Part shown: positions 36,055-47,200 of the stretch, piece after piece
How the letters are laid out: the number at the start of each line of letters is the position of its first letter
How positions within the stretch are numbered: position 1 is the stretch's first letter
From: Candidatus Latescibacterota bacterium
Lineage (GTDB): Bacteria; Latescibacterota; UBA2968; UBA8231
DNA length: 64,000 bases
Direction of reading: 5' to 3'
Assembly (NCBI GenBank): GCA_965242865.1
Contig: CBDETK010000013.1
Location: 5,120,001-5,184,000 of the forward strand
The notes under the pieces: model-generated
What the model was told of the DNA's origin: nothing
Databases searched by the model: none
The model's input: only the letters and a program-made list of their open reading frames with translations
Translations under genes and position numbers: made by a program

Positions 36055-37235
36055 TAGAGCTCGCCCGGGCGATAGTCTGGCGGGGGCATTTTTTGTTCGC
36101 TGAGCCACAAGGCCCGCCCGACCCGCGCCTGAACGTACTGGTAATCATAGCTCGCATCTGGAGCGGCGATGTTGCCTTGGGACGGATACTGGGCAATCGC
36201 CTCCTCGACGAGGTCCACGCCCAGCCCAGGCGCATCCGGCACCGCAATGTGGCTATCGACGACTTGGGGTTGGCCGCTCATCACCTCGTAGCGCTGCGGC
36301 ACATCGTCGGCTAAGTGCTCCAAGATCAAAAAGTTGGGCACCGTGGCCATTAGGTGGACAGCCGCCATTTCGGCCACCGGCCCCAACGAGCCGTCGTGCG
36401 GCGCGACCGTGCAGTAGTGCGCCTCGGCCAGCGCGGCGATCTTCTTCATCTGCCACAAGCCCCCAGCGCGGCCCGTATCCGGTTGAACCACGTCGATGAT
36501 TTCGCGCTCGATCAATTCCCTTACGCCCCAAATCGTGGCGTGGCGCTCGCCCGCGGCAATGGGAATATCTACGGCAGCGGCCACGCGAGCGAGGGCGTCG
36601 ATGTTTTCAGGGGCTACGGGATCTTCGTAAAACAGCAGGTCGTAGTCTTCGAGCGCGTGCCCCAAGGCCATGGCGTCGCGCGTCGTCAGCCAAGGCGGCC
36701 CGTGGACATCGACCATGAGATCTACCGCGTCGCCGACCTCTTTGCGGATGGCCGCGACCGTTTCGACGCAGTTTTTGATTCCCCCCGTCTTGATCGCCGT
36801 GTAGCCTTGATCGACCAAGGCGCGCGCCCGCTCTGTCTCGTGCGCGTGGGCATAGACCCGCACCCGGTCGCGCATCTTGCCGCCCAAGAGGTTCCACACC
36901 GGCAGCTCAAGGGCCTTGCCCTTGAGGTCCCACAGGGCCATCTCAATGCCCGTCATGGCGCCAGAGCCGACAATGCCGGTCATGCCGTGCCCCATCATCG
37001 CCACTTGCATCTTGCCCCACAGTCGCTCGATGTGGAAGGGGTCCTCGCCGATCATCAAGGGCGTCAGGTCGTGGATGGCCGTTTCAACGACGCGCGGCCA
37101 GCCCGACGCCTCGCCCACGCCGTACAGGCCGGCGTCGGTCTCGACCTTGACGAAAAGCCAGTTGCGCGCCGACCAACCGCTCGCCTGCGGAGGCGCACAC
37201 TGCATCAAATAGGTCTTGATCTGGGTAATTTTCAT
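36051..37235 (-). CDS. Mandelate racemase/galactonate dehydratase-like enolase-superfamily enzyme
   Basis: RNWLFVKVETD.G..G.GE, ALWDLKGK, MVDVHG, EDP, AGER, QPD, APH. Start at ATG 37235. Confidence 0.9.
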   Translation of the reverse strand: MKITQIKTYLMQCAPPQASGWSARNWLFVKVETDAGLYGVGEASGWPRVVETAIHDLTPLMIGEDPFHIERLWGKMQVAMMGHGMTGIVGSGAMTGIEMALWDLKGKALELPVWNLLGGKMRDRVRVYAHAHETERARALVDQGYTAIKTGGIKNCVETVAAIRKEVGDAVDLMVDVHGPPWLTTRDAMALGHALEDYDLLFYEDPVAPENIDALARVAAAVDIPIAAGERHATIWGVRELIEREIIDVVQPDTGRAGGLWQMKKIAALAEAHYCTVAPHDGSLGPVAEMAAVHLMATVPNFLILEHLADDVPQRYEVMSGQPQVVDSHIAVPDAPGLGVDLVEEAIAQYPSQGNIAAPDASYDYQYVQARVGRALWLSEQKMPPPDYRPGELY

Positions 37236-37317
37236 AGCGGTCTCCCGGTGTTGTGATGGAGCGACAAGTATAAGCCAGCGCACAAAATCAATCCATTGCC
37301 GGCCCGCCGAGCGCAAA

Positions 37318-37346
37318 TTGACAGGCATATTTTCAATACTTAGCTT
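37318..37346 (+). promoter_or_regulatory. Putative sigma70 promoter for the ispB-apbE-secDF operon
   Basis: TTGACA-17 bp-TAGCTT in an AT-rich intergenic stretch. Confidence 0.55.
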
Positions 37347-37378
37347 CTAAATTTTCTATTTAGCAAGATGCCTTGCTC

Positions 37379-38347
37379 ATGGATCCCTGCATAGGTCTGA
37401 TCGATCAAGAACTGGCCCAGTTTGAAAGGCGGCTCAACGCCGAGCTCAACGCCGATGTCGAGCTGGTCCACGTCATTGCCCGCTACATGGCTACCCTCAA
37501 GGGCAAGCGCCTCCGGCCGGCCCTTACCTTGCTCGTGGCAAAAGCGTCCGGCGACTGGAACGATCAGCTCATCGACTCGGCCGTGGCGGTCGAGATGATT
37601 CACGCCGCCACGATGGCCCACGACGACGTCGTAGATTCAGCGACCGTGCGCCGAGGGCGCGAGACGGTCAACGAGCGCTGGAACGGGCAGACCGCCGTCC
37701 TCATGGGCGATTTTCTCCTCGCGCGCGCCCTGCGCCTGCTGATCGAGGTCGGCAATTTACAGGTCCTGAGCGTCGTCGCGCACGCCACCGAGCGGCTGAG
37801 CATGGGCGAAATATTCGAAATCCAGATCGGCACTCAGTGCGATACACGCCAAGCGTCGTACTTTGCCATGGTCAGCGACAAGACCGCTTCCCTGATCTCG
37901 GCCGCAACCCGAATCGGCGCGATCTTGGCCGGCGCGTCGGACGAGGTCGTCCAATCCATGGGGTGCTACGGCGAATCGCTCGGCCGCGCCTTCCAAGTCG
38001 CCGACGACATTCTCGACCTCACCAGCGATCAGGCCACCATGGGCAAGCCCGTCGGGCACGACCTGCGCGAAGGCAAAATCACCTTGCCCTTGATACGCGC
38101 CTTACAGCAAGCACCCGCGGCCGCACGGGCCGAGATGGAGTCCCTGTTGGCCGGGCCGGACAAGGACGAAGCCGAATGGAAGCAGATCGTGGCCTTTGTC
38201 GAGCAGTACCGAGGAGTCGCCGCGGCCACCGAAATCGCGCACGAATACGCCACCCACGCTCAACAATGTTTAGAGGTCCTGGCCCCTTCCCCAGCGCGCG
38301 CCGCGCTAGAACGAGCCGTCCAGCTCGTCGTCGAACGCAGCAATTGA
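37379..38347 (+). CDS. Long-chain polyprenyl diphosphate synthase (IspB/HepT-like)
   Basis: GKRLRP, HDDVVD...RRG, KTA, FQVADDILD, GKP.G.DL.EGK.TLP. Confidence 0.93.
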   Translation: MDPCIGLIDQELAQFERRLNAELNADVELVHVIARYMATLKGKRLRPALTLLVAKASGDWNDQLIDSAVAVEMIHAATMAHDDVVDSATVRRGRETVNERWNGQTAVLMGDFLLARALRLLIEVGNLQVLSVVAHATERLSMGEIFEIQIGTQCDTRQASYFAMVSDKTASLISAATRIGAILAGASDEVVQSMGCYGESLGRAFQVADDILDLTSDQATMGKPVGHDLREGKITLPLIRALQQAPAAARAEMESLLAGPDKDEAEWKQIVAFVEQYRGVAAATEIAHEYATHAQQCLEVLAPSPARAALERAVQLVVERSN

Positions 38348-38359
38348 CACGGCCAGTTC

Positions 38360-39403
38360 ATGCTCAAGCGCAGTCTGCTGGCCATCGGCGGTTTGGCCGT
38401 GGTGCTGTACTTTCTGCCGGCCCCCCAGCCCGCCGCGCCCGTGAGCGCAGACCGCCTCTTGTTGGGAACCCTCGTCACGGTCAAGCTCTACGGCGACGAA
38501 GCAGTGGTTCGCCCACACCTAGAAGCGGCGTACGCGGAAGTCGCCCGCGTCGATTCGTCGATGAGCCCCTACCGCGCCGACAGCGCATTGCGGCGGCTCG
38601 AACAGCAGGCGCGGCTCGCTCCAACGCGCGGCTCACCCGGGCTGATTGCGGTCTTGGCGCGCAGCCAGCATTTCGCCGCGTTGACCGATGGCGCCTTTGA
38701 CTGCACGATGGGGGCGTTGACGAGCCTGTGGAATTTTCCCGCTGCGGTCACACCGCCGGCCCCGGGGCAGATTGATTCGGCCCGGGCGTTGGTCGGCTAC
38801 GAAGCATTGGAGGTTGCGGCCCAGCCCCAGACGGTTCGGCTCCACCGGGCCGGGCTGCGGTTGGATTTGGGGGCCGCGGCCAAAGGCTACGCCGTGGACC
38901 GAGCGGTCGCGGCCATGCGGGCATTGGACGTGGAGGCCGGCGTGATCGAGGCCGGGGGCGACATTCGCTATTGGGGCACAAAGCCGGACGGGCGGCCTTG
39001 GCTTTTTGGGGTCCAGCACCCGCGCTCCCCAGCGCAATACATCGCCGTAGAGGACCTCGGGCTCGCGGCGATTGCGACCTCGGGCGATTACGAGCAATAC
39101 TTTGACTGGGAAGGCGTGCGCTATCACCACTTGCTCGACCCCAAGACCGGCCACCCCGCGCGGGCGAGCATCAGCGCCACCGTGTGGGCCGCGACAGCTC
39201 TGGACGCCGACATTTTATCCACCGCGGTCTTCGTCCTAGGGCCAGACCAAGGGCTCGCCCTCGTCGAGGGCCTACCGGACGTCGAGGGCTTCGTTTTCTT
39301 TCAGCGAGACGGGCAGCTCATGCACCGGGCCTCGAGCGGAATGCAGGGCCGCTTTCGCTTTTGCAATAGCAGCAAACTTTCGCCGGGCTGCGCCCGGCAA
39401 TAG
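38360..39403 (+). CDS. apbE: FAD:protein FMN transferase
   Basis: GAFD.T, DLGAAAKGYAVD, GGDI, ATSGDYE, YHHLLDPKTG.P, AD.LSTA. Confidence 0.93.
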   Translation: MLKRSLLAIGGLAVVLYFLPAPQPAAPVSADRLLLGTLVTVKLYGDEAVVRPHLEAAYAEVARVDSSMSPYRADSALRRLEQQARLAPTRGSPGLIAVLARSQHFAALTDGAFDCTMGALTSLWNFPAAVTPPAPGQIDSARALVGYEALEVAAQPQTVRLHRAGLRLDLGAAAKGYAVDRAVAAMRALDVEAGVIEAGGDIRYWGTKPDGRPWLFGVQHPRSPAQYIAVEDLGLAAIATSGDYEQYFDWEGVRYHHLLDPKTGHPARASISATVWAATALDADILSTAVFVLGPDQGLALVEGLPDVEGFVFFQRDGQLMHRASSGMQGRFRFCNSSKLSPGCARQ

Positions 39404-39421
39404 CGGAGTAAAGACCACTCT

Positions 39422-41953
39422 ATGAAACGCAACCGAAAACTCGTGCTAATCCTAGCCCTGATCGCCGTCGCCGTGTACTACCTGCTGCCAAGCGTGGAAT
39501 TTTACAGCATGACGGACGACGAGCGACAAGACTTAGGGCTAAAGTCCCCGGACCAGCTCGTCGATCTAAAAAACCGCTCGCTCAACTTGGGCCTCGACTT
39601 GCAGGGCGGCATCCACCTCGTCCTAGAGGTCAAGACCGAGGAGCTAGAGCCGCAGGCAGCCCAAGACGCGGTCGCCCAAGCACAGGAAGTCATCCGCAAC
39701 CGCATCGATCAGTTTGGGGTGGCCGAGCCGACGATCCAGCGCCAAGGCGACAACCGCATCATCATCGAGTTGCCCGGCGTCCAAGACGTCCAGCGCGCCA
39801 AGGACCTAGTGGGCCAGACCGCGTTGCTCGAATTCCAACTCCTCGAACCTGTAGAGGACCGCACTCGCCTAATCCAGCGCTTGGACCAAGCCCTAGCCCC
39901 GCCAGAAGAAGGCCAAGCGGAAGCAGACGCGGAAGAAGACCTCCTCCTTTCCTCCGCGCCAGACCGCGCTCCCCTCTCCTCCATGCTCAGCCCGGCCGGC
40001 GAAAACCTCACGGTCTCGGGCCGCGACTTGCCGCGCGTCAAGCGCTTACTCAACGCCCCAGAGGCCCAAAAGCTCATCCCCGCCGACGTGGAGTTTCTCT
40101 TCTCTAGCAAGCCCGCCGGCACGGCCGGCAATCCGTTCTACTTCCTCTACTTGGTGCGCAAAAAGCCGGAGATGACCGGGCACATGATCCAAGACGCCTT
40201 TGTCTCCATCGGCCAAGTCGTCGAGTACATGGGCCAGCCCATCGTCAATTTCTCGACCACCGACGAAGGGGTGCGGCTCTTCAGCCGCATCACGGGTTCA
40301 CACGTCGGCGAGCGCATGGCCATCGTCCTCGACGAATCAGTGTACTCGGCCCCGGTCATCCAAAACAAAATCAGCGAGGGGCGCGGCATCATCACCGGCA
40401 GCGGCACCCAAGAAGAGGCCAAAGACCTCGCCATTGTGCTGCGGGCCGGGGCGCTGCCGGCCGAGGTAGAGATCATCGAGGACCGCACGGTCGGCCCCTC
40501 GCTGGGGCGCGACTCAATCGAGCAAGGCAAGACCGCGGCGATCTACAGCATGGTGCTGATCGCGATCTTCATGGTCCTCTACTACCGCGCATCCGGGCTG
40601 ATCGCCAACTTCGCCCTCTTGCTCAACATGCTCTTCATCATGGCGGTGCTAGCCGGTTTTCACGCCACCTTGACCTTGCCCGGCATCGCCGGCATCATCC
40701 TGACCATCGGCATGGCCGTCGATGCCAACGTGCTGATCTTCGAGCGCATCCGCGAAGAGCTGCGCTCGGGCAAGACCATTCGCGCGGCCATTGATTCCGG
40801 CTATGGCCACGCGCTCTCGGCCATCATCGACGCCAATGTGACCACGTTCCTAGTCGGCATCGTGCTCTATCAGTTCGGCACCGGGCCGATTCGCGGCTTT
40901 GCCCTGACCTTGTGCATCGGCATCATCTCCAGCCTCTTTACGGCCTTCTTTGTAACCCGCACCATTTTCGAGCTGATCACCCGCAAGTCGCAGCAATCCA
41001 CCCTGAGCATCGGGCCGGTCGCGCTGTTTGCCAACCTGAAAATCCGCTTCCTCTCGCTCCGCAATATTGGTTTCGGCACCTCGGCCGCCGTGCTGCTGCT
41101 CGGCGTCGTCTCCATTTTGGGCATCAACGGCATCCGGCAGGGTATTGACTTTGCCGGCGGCACCTTGCTGGAGCTGCACTTCGACCCGGCCGTACAAGTT
41201 GAGGACATCCGCAGCCAGTTGGGCCGCGTTCCCGTGGGCGATGCCGAGATCGACCTGAGCAAGAGCGAGATCAAGCAGTTCGGCTCGGAAAACGACATCC
41301 TCATCCGCGTCAGCGAGAGCGGGGCCGGCACCGAGGTGGCCGACGGCATTATGGGGGTTCTCAAGGCTGGATTTGCCGCCAGCATCGAGGAGATGGAGTG
41401 GATTCGACGCCAAGAAAAGGTCGGGCCGAAAATCGGCAGCGAGCTGAGCAGCGCGGCCGTACGCGCGGTGTTGGTGGCACTGGGGCTGATTCTGATTTAC
41501 ATGGCTTGGCGCTTCCACCGCTTCCTCTACGGAATTGCCGCGGTGGTCGCGCTTTTCCACGACGTGCTCATCACCCTCGGGTTGCTCTCGTTCTTCGATA
41601 TTGAGATTACCCTCGCGGTGGTCGCGGCCCTGCTGGCCATTGTCGGCTACTCGCTCAACGACACGATCGTGGTCTTCGACCGCATCCGCGAGAATTTACA
41701 CACCGTCCGCCGACAGGGGTTTGAGGGCACGGTCAACCAGAGCATCAACGAGTGCCTGAGCCGCACCCTGATCACTTCGGCAACCACCTTATTGGCGGTG
41801 CTGGTGCTGATGATCTTTGGCGGCGAGGTCAACCGCGACTTCACGATCACTCTGATGATCGGCGTCGTAGTCGGCACCTATTCGTCTATATTCGTCGCCA
41901 GTCCCGTGCTTTACCTAGGCCACCAGCGGGCCGCGGCCAAAAAGACCGGGTAA
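39422..41953 (+). CDS. secDF: Fused protein translocase SecDF
   Basis: LGLDLQGG, RIDQFGVAEP, VGPSLG, IGMAVDANVLIFERIREE, GIDFAGG, GYSLNDTIVVFDRIRE. Confidence 0.96.
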   Translation: MKRNRKLVLILALIAVAVYYLLPSVEFYSMTDDERQDLGLKSPDQLVDLKNRSLNLGLDLQGGIHLVLEVKTEELEPQAAQDAVAQAQEVIRNRIDQFGVAEPTIQRQGDNRIIIELPGVQDVQRAKDLVGQTALLEFQLLEPVEDRTRLIQRLDQALAPPEEGQAEADAEEDLLLSSAPDRAPLSSMLSPAGENLTVSGRDLPRVKRLLNAPEAQKLIPADVEFLFSSKPAGTAGNPFYFLYLVRKKPEMTGHMIQDAFVSIGQVVEYMGQPIVNFSTTDEGVRLFSRITGSHVGERMAIVLDESVYSAPVIQNKISEGRGIITGSGTQEEAKDLAIVLRAGALPAEVEIIEDRTVGPSLGRDSIEQGKTAAIYSMVLIAIFMVLYYRASGLIANFALLLNMLFIMAVLAGFHATLTLPGIAGIILTIGMAVDANVLIFERIREELRSGKTIRAAIDSGYGHALSAIIDANVTTFLVGIVLYQFGTGPIRGFALTLCIGIISSLFTAFFVTRTIFELITRKSQQSTLSIGPVALFANLKIRFLSLRNIGFGTSAAVLLLGVVSILGINGIRQGIDFAGGTLLELHFDPAVQVEDIRSQLGRVPVGDAEIDLSKSEIKQFGSENDILIRVSESGAGTEVADGIMGVLKAGFAASIEEMEWIRRQEKVGPKIGSELSSAAVRAVLVALGLILIYMAWRFHRFLYGIAAVVALFHDVLITLGLLSFFDIEITLAVVAALLAIVGYSLNDTIVVFDRIRENLHTVRRQGFEGTVNQSINECLSRTLITSATTLLAVLVLMIFGGEVNRDFTITLMIGVVVGTYSSIFVASPVLYLGHQRAAAKKTG

Positions 41954-41987
41954 CGCCCGCTAGGCGTAGGCGGGGCCACCGCTCGCC

Positions 41988-43187
41988 ATGAAAACAATCG
42001 TCGTAGCGGTCTTTGTCCTGCTCTTGATTTACTACGGGCCGCTGCAAGATCGCGCCAGTCCCTTTGACCCGGCGTGGATGCTGGGTGCTCTGGCCCTGTT
42101 GGCCGTGGCGGGCGGCCAACTAGCACAGGCGATTCGCCTGCCGGCCTTGGTGGGGTGGGTCGGAGCGGGGATGCTGCTGGGCACTGGCGGCTTACAACTC
42201 GTCGATCTAGGCGCGTTCTCCCTACACCCAATGCTCTTTCTCACGGCGGGCCTCGGGGTCGGGTTCCAAGTGGGCCTACACGTGATATGGCCAACGCATG
42301 GTTGGCGCGTGCTCGGGCTGGCCGCGGCCGCGACCGCGCTGATCTTCGCGGCCGTAACAACGGCCACTGCCTTGCTCGGGCTGCCTTGGCAGCAAGCCGT
42401 ACTCCTCGGCGCACTAGCCAGCTTGTGGGGGGCCTTCACCGGCAAACCAGAAGTGGGCCGGCGCACCGCGCTGCTGCTGGCCGTGCTGGGGACGGGCTGC
42501 GCCCTCGGGGCGTTGGGCGGAGCAGCGATCGCGCTAAAGGCTGGGGCCGCCGGATGGGTCGGGCGCGTCGGCCTGTCGCTCGGGGCCGGCATCGGGCTGG
42601 GGTTGGGGTTGCGCTTCTTGGGGCGGTTCGCTGTCCCGAGCGCGCCCCTAGTCTCCGGCCTAGTGGGGGCTTTTTTCTTGGCGGCCCTCGCGCTCGATGT
42701 CCTCGGGCTGATGGCCCTGCCCTGCGGGCTGGTGGCGGGACTCGTGCAGGACAAACAGCAAAGCCGCCGCGTGCGGCTCCTGCTGCACCGGGGTGCGCCG
42801 GTAGCCTTCATGCTCTTTTTCGCGCTGGTGGGCACCTCGCTCGATCTCGGCGCCCTGTGGCCTCCCGTGCCCAAGCTGTACGAGGTGGCACTCGTGCTAG
42901 TGACCGTGCCCCTAATTTTGCGGGGGCTGGCCCCGATGGCGTACCAGCCATTGCCCGGCCCCCATCCGGGCTTTGGCTGGCGGCTCCTGCCGCGCGGCGC
43001 GTTGCTATTTGAATTGTTCTACGGCCCGCACGGACTGGCCCCCTACGTAGAGGCCGGAGGTCTGTTGGCGCAGGTCGTGCTCTTGGACATTCTCTTTTCG
43101 ACCCTGCTTTTCTCCTCCTTGGCATCGCTCGTAGATGCAAGCCTTTTGGCCGCGGCCCGGCCCTCAGAAAATGGGGCGGCGGCCTAA
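41988..43187 (+). CDS. Polytopic membrane protein, cation:proton antiporter-like
   Basis: About 11-12 hydrophobic segments, LPALVGW..AGMLLG and FF.LVG..LD motifs. Confidence 0.55.
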   Translation: MKTIVVAVFVLLLIYYGPLQDRASPFDPAWMLGALALLAVAGGQLAQAIRLPALVGWVGAGMLLGTGGLQLVDLGAFSLHPMLFLTAGLGVGFQVGLHVIWPTHGWRVLGLAAAATALIFAAVTTATALLGLPWQQAVLLGALASLWGAFTGKPEVGRRTALLLAVLGTGCALGALGGAAIALKAGAAGWVGRVGLSLGAGIGLGLGLRFLGRFAVPSAPLVSGLVGAFFLAALALDVLGLMALPCGLVAGLVQDKQQSRRVRLLLHRGAPVAFMLFFALVGTSLDLGALWPPVPKLYEVALVLVTVPLILRGLAPMAYQPLPGPHPGFGWRLLPRGALLFELFYGPHGLAPYVEAGGLLAQVVLLDILFSTLLFSSLASLVDASLLAAARPSENGAAA

Positions 43188-43248
43188 GGGTGCTGCTCGT
43201 TTGTGTCCAACTAGGCCGAGTTGTATCTTTGATGGTTTGGCATTTTGC

Positions 43249-43941
43249 ATGGACCACATTCGCAAAAACTGGGAATTGCTGAGTGCCCGCATTGAGCGGG
43301 CGGCCGAGCGCAGCGGGCGCGCAGCGGGTGAGATTGAGGTCGTCGCCATCGGCAAAACGCGCAGCGTCCGCGAAATCGAGGCCGCTTACGCCTGCGGCTT
43401 GCGCCTCGTGGGCGAAAACCGCATCCAAGAAGCAGCGGCCAAGCACCCGCAGGTCGCCGCACCGCTTGCTTGGCACTTCGTCGGCCACTTGCAGACGAAC
43501 AAAGCCGGGCGAGCTGTCGAGCTTTTCGACCTCGTCCACTCGGTCGATTCCGCGCGGCTAGCGACGGCACTCAGCCGCCGGGCCGAGCAGGCCGGTCGCA
43601 CCATTGAGGTGCTCTTGCAGGTAAATACGGCCGGTAGCCCAAACCAAGCTGGAGTGGTGCCCGACCAACTCGTCGATCTAGTCGCAGCCCTCGCGCCGCT
43701 GCCGCACTTGCGGATTCGCGGCCTAATGACCATTGCCGCCCACAGCGACGACGAAGCCACCGTCCGGGGCTGCTTTCGGGCCTTGCGTACGCTCGGCGAA
43801 AAAGTCGCCGATGGCCAATTTGCGGGGGTGTCCATGGACTACCTGTCTATGGGCATGAGCGGCGACTTTGAACTCGCCATCGCCGAAGGAGCCAATCTGT
43901 TGCGCCTCGGCACGGCGATCTTCGGCCCGCGGCCGACCTGA
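43249..43941 (+). CDS. yggS: PLP homeostasis protein YggS
   Basis: GENRIQE, WHFVGHLQTNK, GLMT, LSMGMSGDF..AI.EGA...RLGTAIFG. Confidence 0.95.
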   Translation: MDHIRKNWELLSARIERAAERSGRAAGEIEVVAIGKTRSVREIEAAYACGLRLVGENRIQEAAAKHPQVAAPLAWHFVGHLQTNKAGRAVELFDLVHSVDSARLATALSRRAEQAGRTIEVLLQVNTAGSPNQAGVVPDQLVDLVAALAPLPHLRIRGLMTIAAHSDDEATVRGCFRALRTLGEKVADGQFAGVSMDYLSMGMSGDFELAIAEGANLLRLGTAIFGPRPT

Positions 43942-43957
43942 TTCACAGGAGACAATC

Positions 43958-44251
43958 GTGTTCGATTACGGCGGTTTTTTTACAGACGTCAAGGGCCTCA
44001 TCATCAGTTTCATCCGGATCTACAGCTATGTGGTCATCATCCGGGTCGTACTCTCGTGGTTCAACCCCAACCCCCACAACCCACTCGTCCAATTCCTGCG
44101 CGGCGTCACCGATCCAGCCCTCGACACCGTGCGCTCCTTTTTGCCGCGGTTTTTTTGGTCAACCGGAATCGACTTTACGCCGATCGTCCTGTTTTTCCTC
44201 CTCGAGCTAGCCATCAGGTTTCTCCATCACATCTTTCCCGCAGCAGGCTGA
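43958..44251 (+). CDS. yggT: YggT family membrane protein
   Basis: RVVLSWF.P.P.NP.VQ.L..VTDP...GIDFTPI. GTG start with AGGA RBS. Confidence 0.9.
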   Translation: MFDYGGFFTDVKGLIISFIRIYSYVVIIRVVLSWFNPNPHNPLVQFLRGVTDPALDTVRSFLPRFFWSTGIDFTPIVLFFLLELAIRFLHHIFPAAG

Positions 44252-44253
44252 GC

Positions 44254-47200
44254 ATGGCCCCCCCAACCCCTTTTGCCCCGGCCCCGGCCCGCGTCGATTT
44301 TCCCGCGCAGGAACGCCGCATCCTCCAGTTCTGGCGCGACGGCAACCTGTACCGCAAATCCGTCGATGCCCGGCCCGTTGAGCGGCCCTTTCGGTTCTAC
44401 GACGGGCCGCCCTTTGCCACGGGCCGGCCCCACTACGGCCATCTGCTGGCGTCCATCACCAAAGACGTGGTGCCCCGCTACTGGACGATGCGCGGCTACC
44501 GAGTGGAGCGCCGCTGGGGCTGGGACTGCCACGGCCTGCCCATTGAAAACGAAGCCGAGCAGCAGCTCGGGCTCCGGTCGCGGCGCGACATTCTCGAATA
44601 CGGCGTGTCCCAGTTCAACGAGTTCTGCCGAGGTTTGGTGCTCCACTACACGGCCGAGTGGCAGCAGCTCATCGAGCGGCTGGGGCGTTGGGTTGACTGG
44701 GACGACCAGTACCGGACCATGGACCCGGATTTCATGGAATCCGTGTGGTGGGTGTTTAAGTCGCTGTGGGATCAGGGGCTTATCTATGAGGGCTACAAGT
44801 CCCTCGCTTACTGTCCGCGCTGTGCGACCCCGCTGTCGAACTTCGAGGTCAATCAAGGCTACCAAGACACTCAGGACCCCTCGATCACGGTGCGATTTCG
44901 CGTCGCCGGCGAGCCGCGCCTGTCCCTGCTCGCTTGGACGACGACCCCGTGGACCTTGCCCGCCAACATGGGCTTGGCCATTGGCCGCGACATCGATTAC
45001 GTGCGCGTCACCACCGGCGACGGGGAGCAGTTGATCCTCGCCGCGTCCCTCGTCGAAAGCCACTTCCGCCAGCCCGCCAGCGACATCGCCGACGCAACGC
45101 CCGTTGCGGTCGAAGACCTCGTCGGGCTGCGCTACGAGCCCTTGTTCGACTACTTCGCCGATCGCGCCGAGGAGGGCGCGTTCCGCGTCGTGCCGGCCGA
45201 CTTTGTGTCCACCGACGACGGCACCGGCATCGTCCACATTGCCCCGGGGTTTGGCGAGGACGATTACCAACTCGGGCTGGCCCAAGGCTTGCCCGTAGTA
45301 TGCCCCATTGACGCGGACTGCTGCTTCACCGCCGAGCTTCCGGACTGGGCCGGCACCTTCGTCAAGGACACCGATGCGCCCATCATCCGCCGCTTGCGCG
45401 CCTCGGGCCAGTTATTTTCCGCCAGCACCATTGAGCACTCGTACCCGTTCTGCTGGCGCTGCGACTCGCCCCTCATCTACCGCACGATCTCCACGTGGTT
45501 CGTAAAAATCGAAGGGGCGGTCAAGGAGAAGATGCGCGCTGCCAATCAGCAGATTTGGTGGATTCCCGAGCACATCCGCGATGGGCGCTTTGGCAAGGGC
45601 ATTGAGTCCGCCCCGGACTGGGCCGTCAGCCGCAACCGCTACTGGGGAACGCCGCTGCCGATCTGGCGCAACCAAGAAACGGGCGAAGCCGTGTGCGTCG
45701 GCAGCCGCCGAGAATTGTGCGAACTCACCGGCCGCGACATCGAGGACCTGCACAAGCACTTCATCGACGACCTCGAGATTCCGGCGCCATCGGGCAACGG
45801 CTCGCTGCGCCGCGTACCCGAAGTCCTCGACTGCTGGTTCGAGTCTGGGTCCATGCCGTACGCGCAGACCCACTACCCCTTTGGCCGGCCCGAGGATTTT
45901 AAGAGGTCTTTCCCGGCCGACTTCATTTCTGAAAACCTCGATATGACCCGAGGGTGGTTCTACACCCTGACGGTCCTCGCCGCGGCCCTGTTTGACGAGC
46001 CGGCGTTCCACAACTGCATCGTCGGTGGCATGTTGCTGGCCGCCGACGGCCGCAAGCTGAGCAAGCGCTTGAAGAACTATCCCGACCCGGCTGACATGCT
46101 CGACACCTACGGCGCCGATGCCGTGCGTCTCTACCTGCTCAACTCGCCGGCCATGAAGGCCGAGGAGCTGCGCTTCACCGAAGAGGGCCTCAAGCAGAGC
46201 CTGCGCGATGTCATCATCCCCTTGTGGAATGCCTATAGCTTTTTTGTCACCTACGCGGCCATTGACGGTTGGACGCCGGCCAAAGACCGCGCCCGGACGC
46301 TCGACCACCACCTCGACCGCTGGATTCTCTCGGAGTTGCAGACCTTGCTCCGCGACCTCAACGCCGAGATGGAAGCCTATCGGCTCTATCGCACGGTCCC
46401 GGCCATGGTGGCCTTTATCGAGAAGCTGACCAACTGGTACATCCGCCGCAGCCGCCGGCGCTTCTGGAAGTCCGAGGACGACCAAGACAAGGACGCCGCG
46501 TACTACACCCTCTATCGAGTGCTAACCACCTTCATCAAGGCCCTCGCGCCGGTCTTGCCCTTTATCACCGAGGCGATCTACCAAAACTTGGTGCGCCGCG
46601 TGGATGCCAAAGCACCCGAAAGCGTCCATCTGTGCGACATGCCGCAGGCCGACGAGGGCTTGCGCGACGCGGCCTTAGAGCAGCAAATGGGGCTGGCGAC
46701 CAAAGCCGTGGTCTTGGGCCGCTCGCTGCGCAGCAAGCACGCGCTCAAGGTGCGCCAGCCGCTGCGGCGTCTCTGGCTCCTGCCCCCCAATGGGCACTCC
46801 CACCACGGGCTGGAGCAGATGACCGATTTGCTGGCCGACGAGCTCAACGTCAAAAAAGTGGTGTTGGTGGAGGACGCGACCGAGTTCAGCGAGGTCTCCT
46901 ACCGGCCCGACTTCCGCGCCTTGGGACCGCGCTTCGGCAAGCAGATGCCAGCGGTCGTCGCCCGCATCCAAGCCCTGACGGCCGAGGAGGTCCACCTCCT
47001 CGAGCGCGGGGGCCAGCTCGCGGTGGCCGGCGGCCAGCTCGGGCTAGCCGACATCGTCGTGCAGCGCCGGGAGAAAGAGGGGGTGGTGGTAGCTCTCGAC
47101 AACAACCTCGGGGTGGGGCTAGACATCCAGCTCGACGACGAGCTGATCGCCGAGTGTACGGCGCGCGAATTTGTCAACCGCGTCCAGTACATGCGCAAAG

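Noticed and set aside
46050-46070. IleRS KLSKR instead of KMSKS
   Set aside because: A conservative variant within IleRS2. HYGH is standard, so no special resistance claim can be supported.
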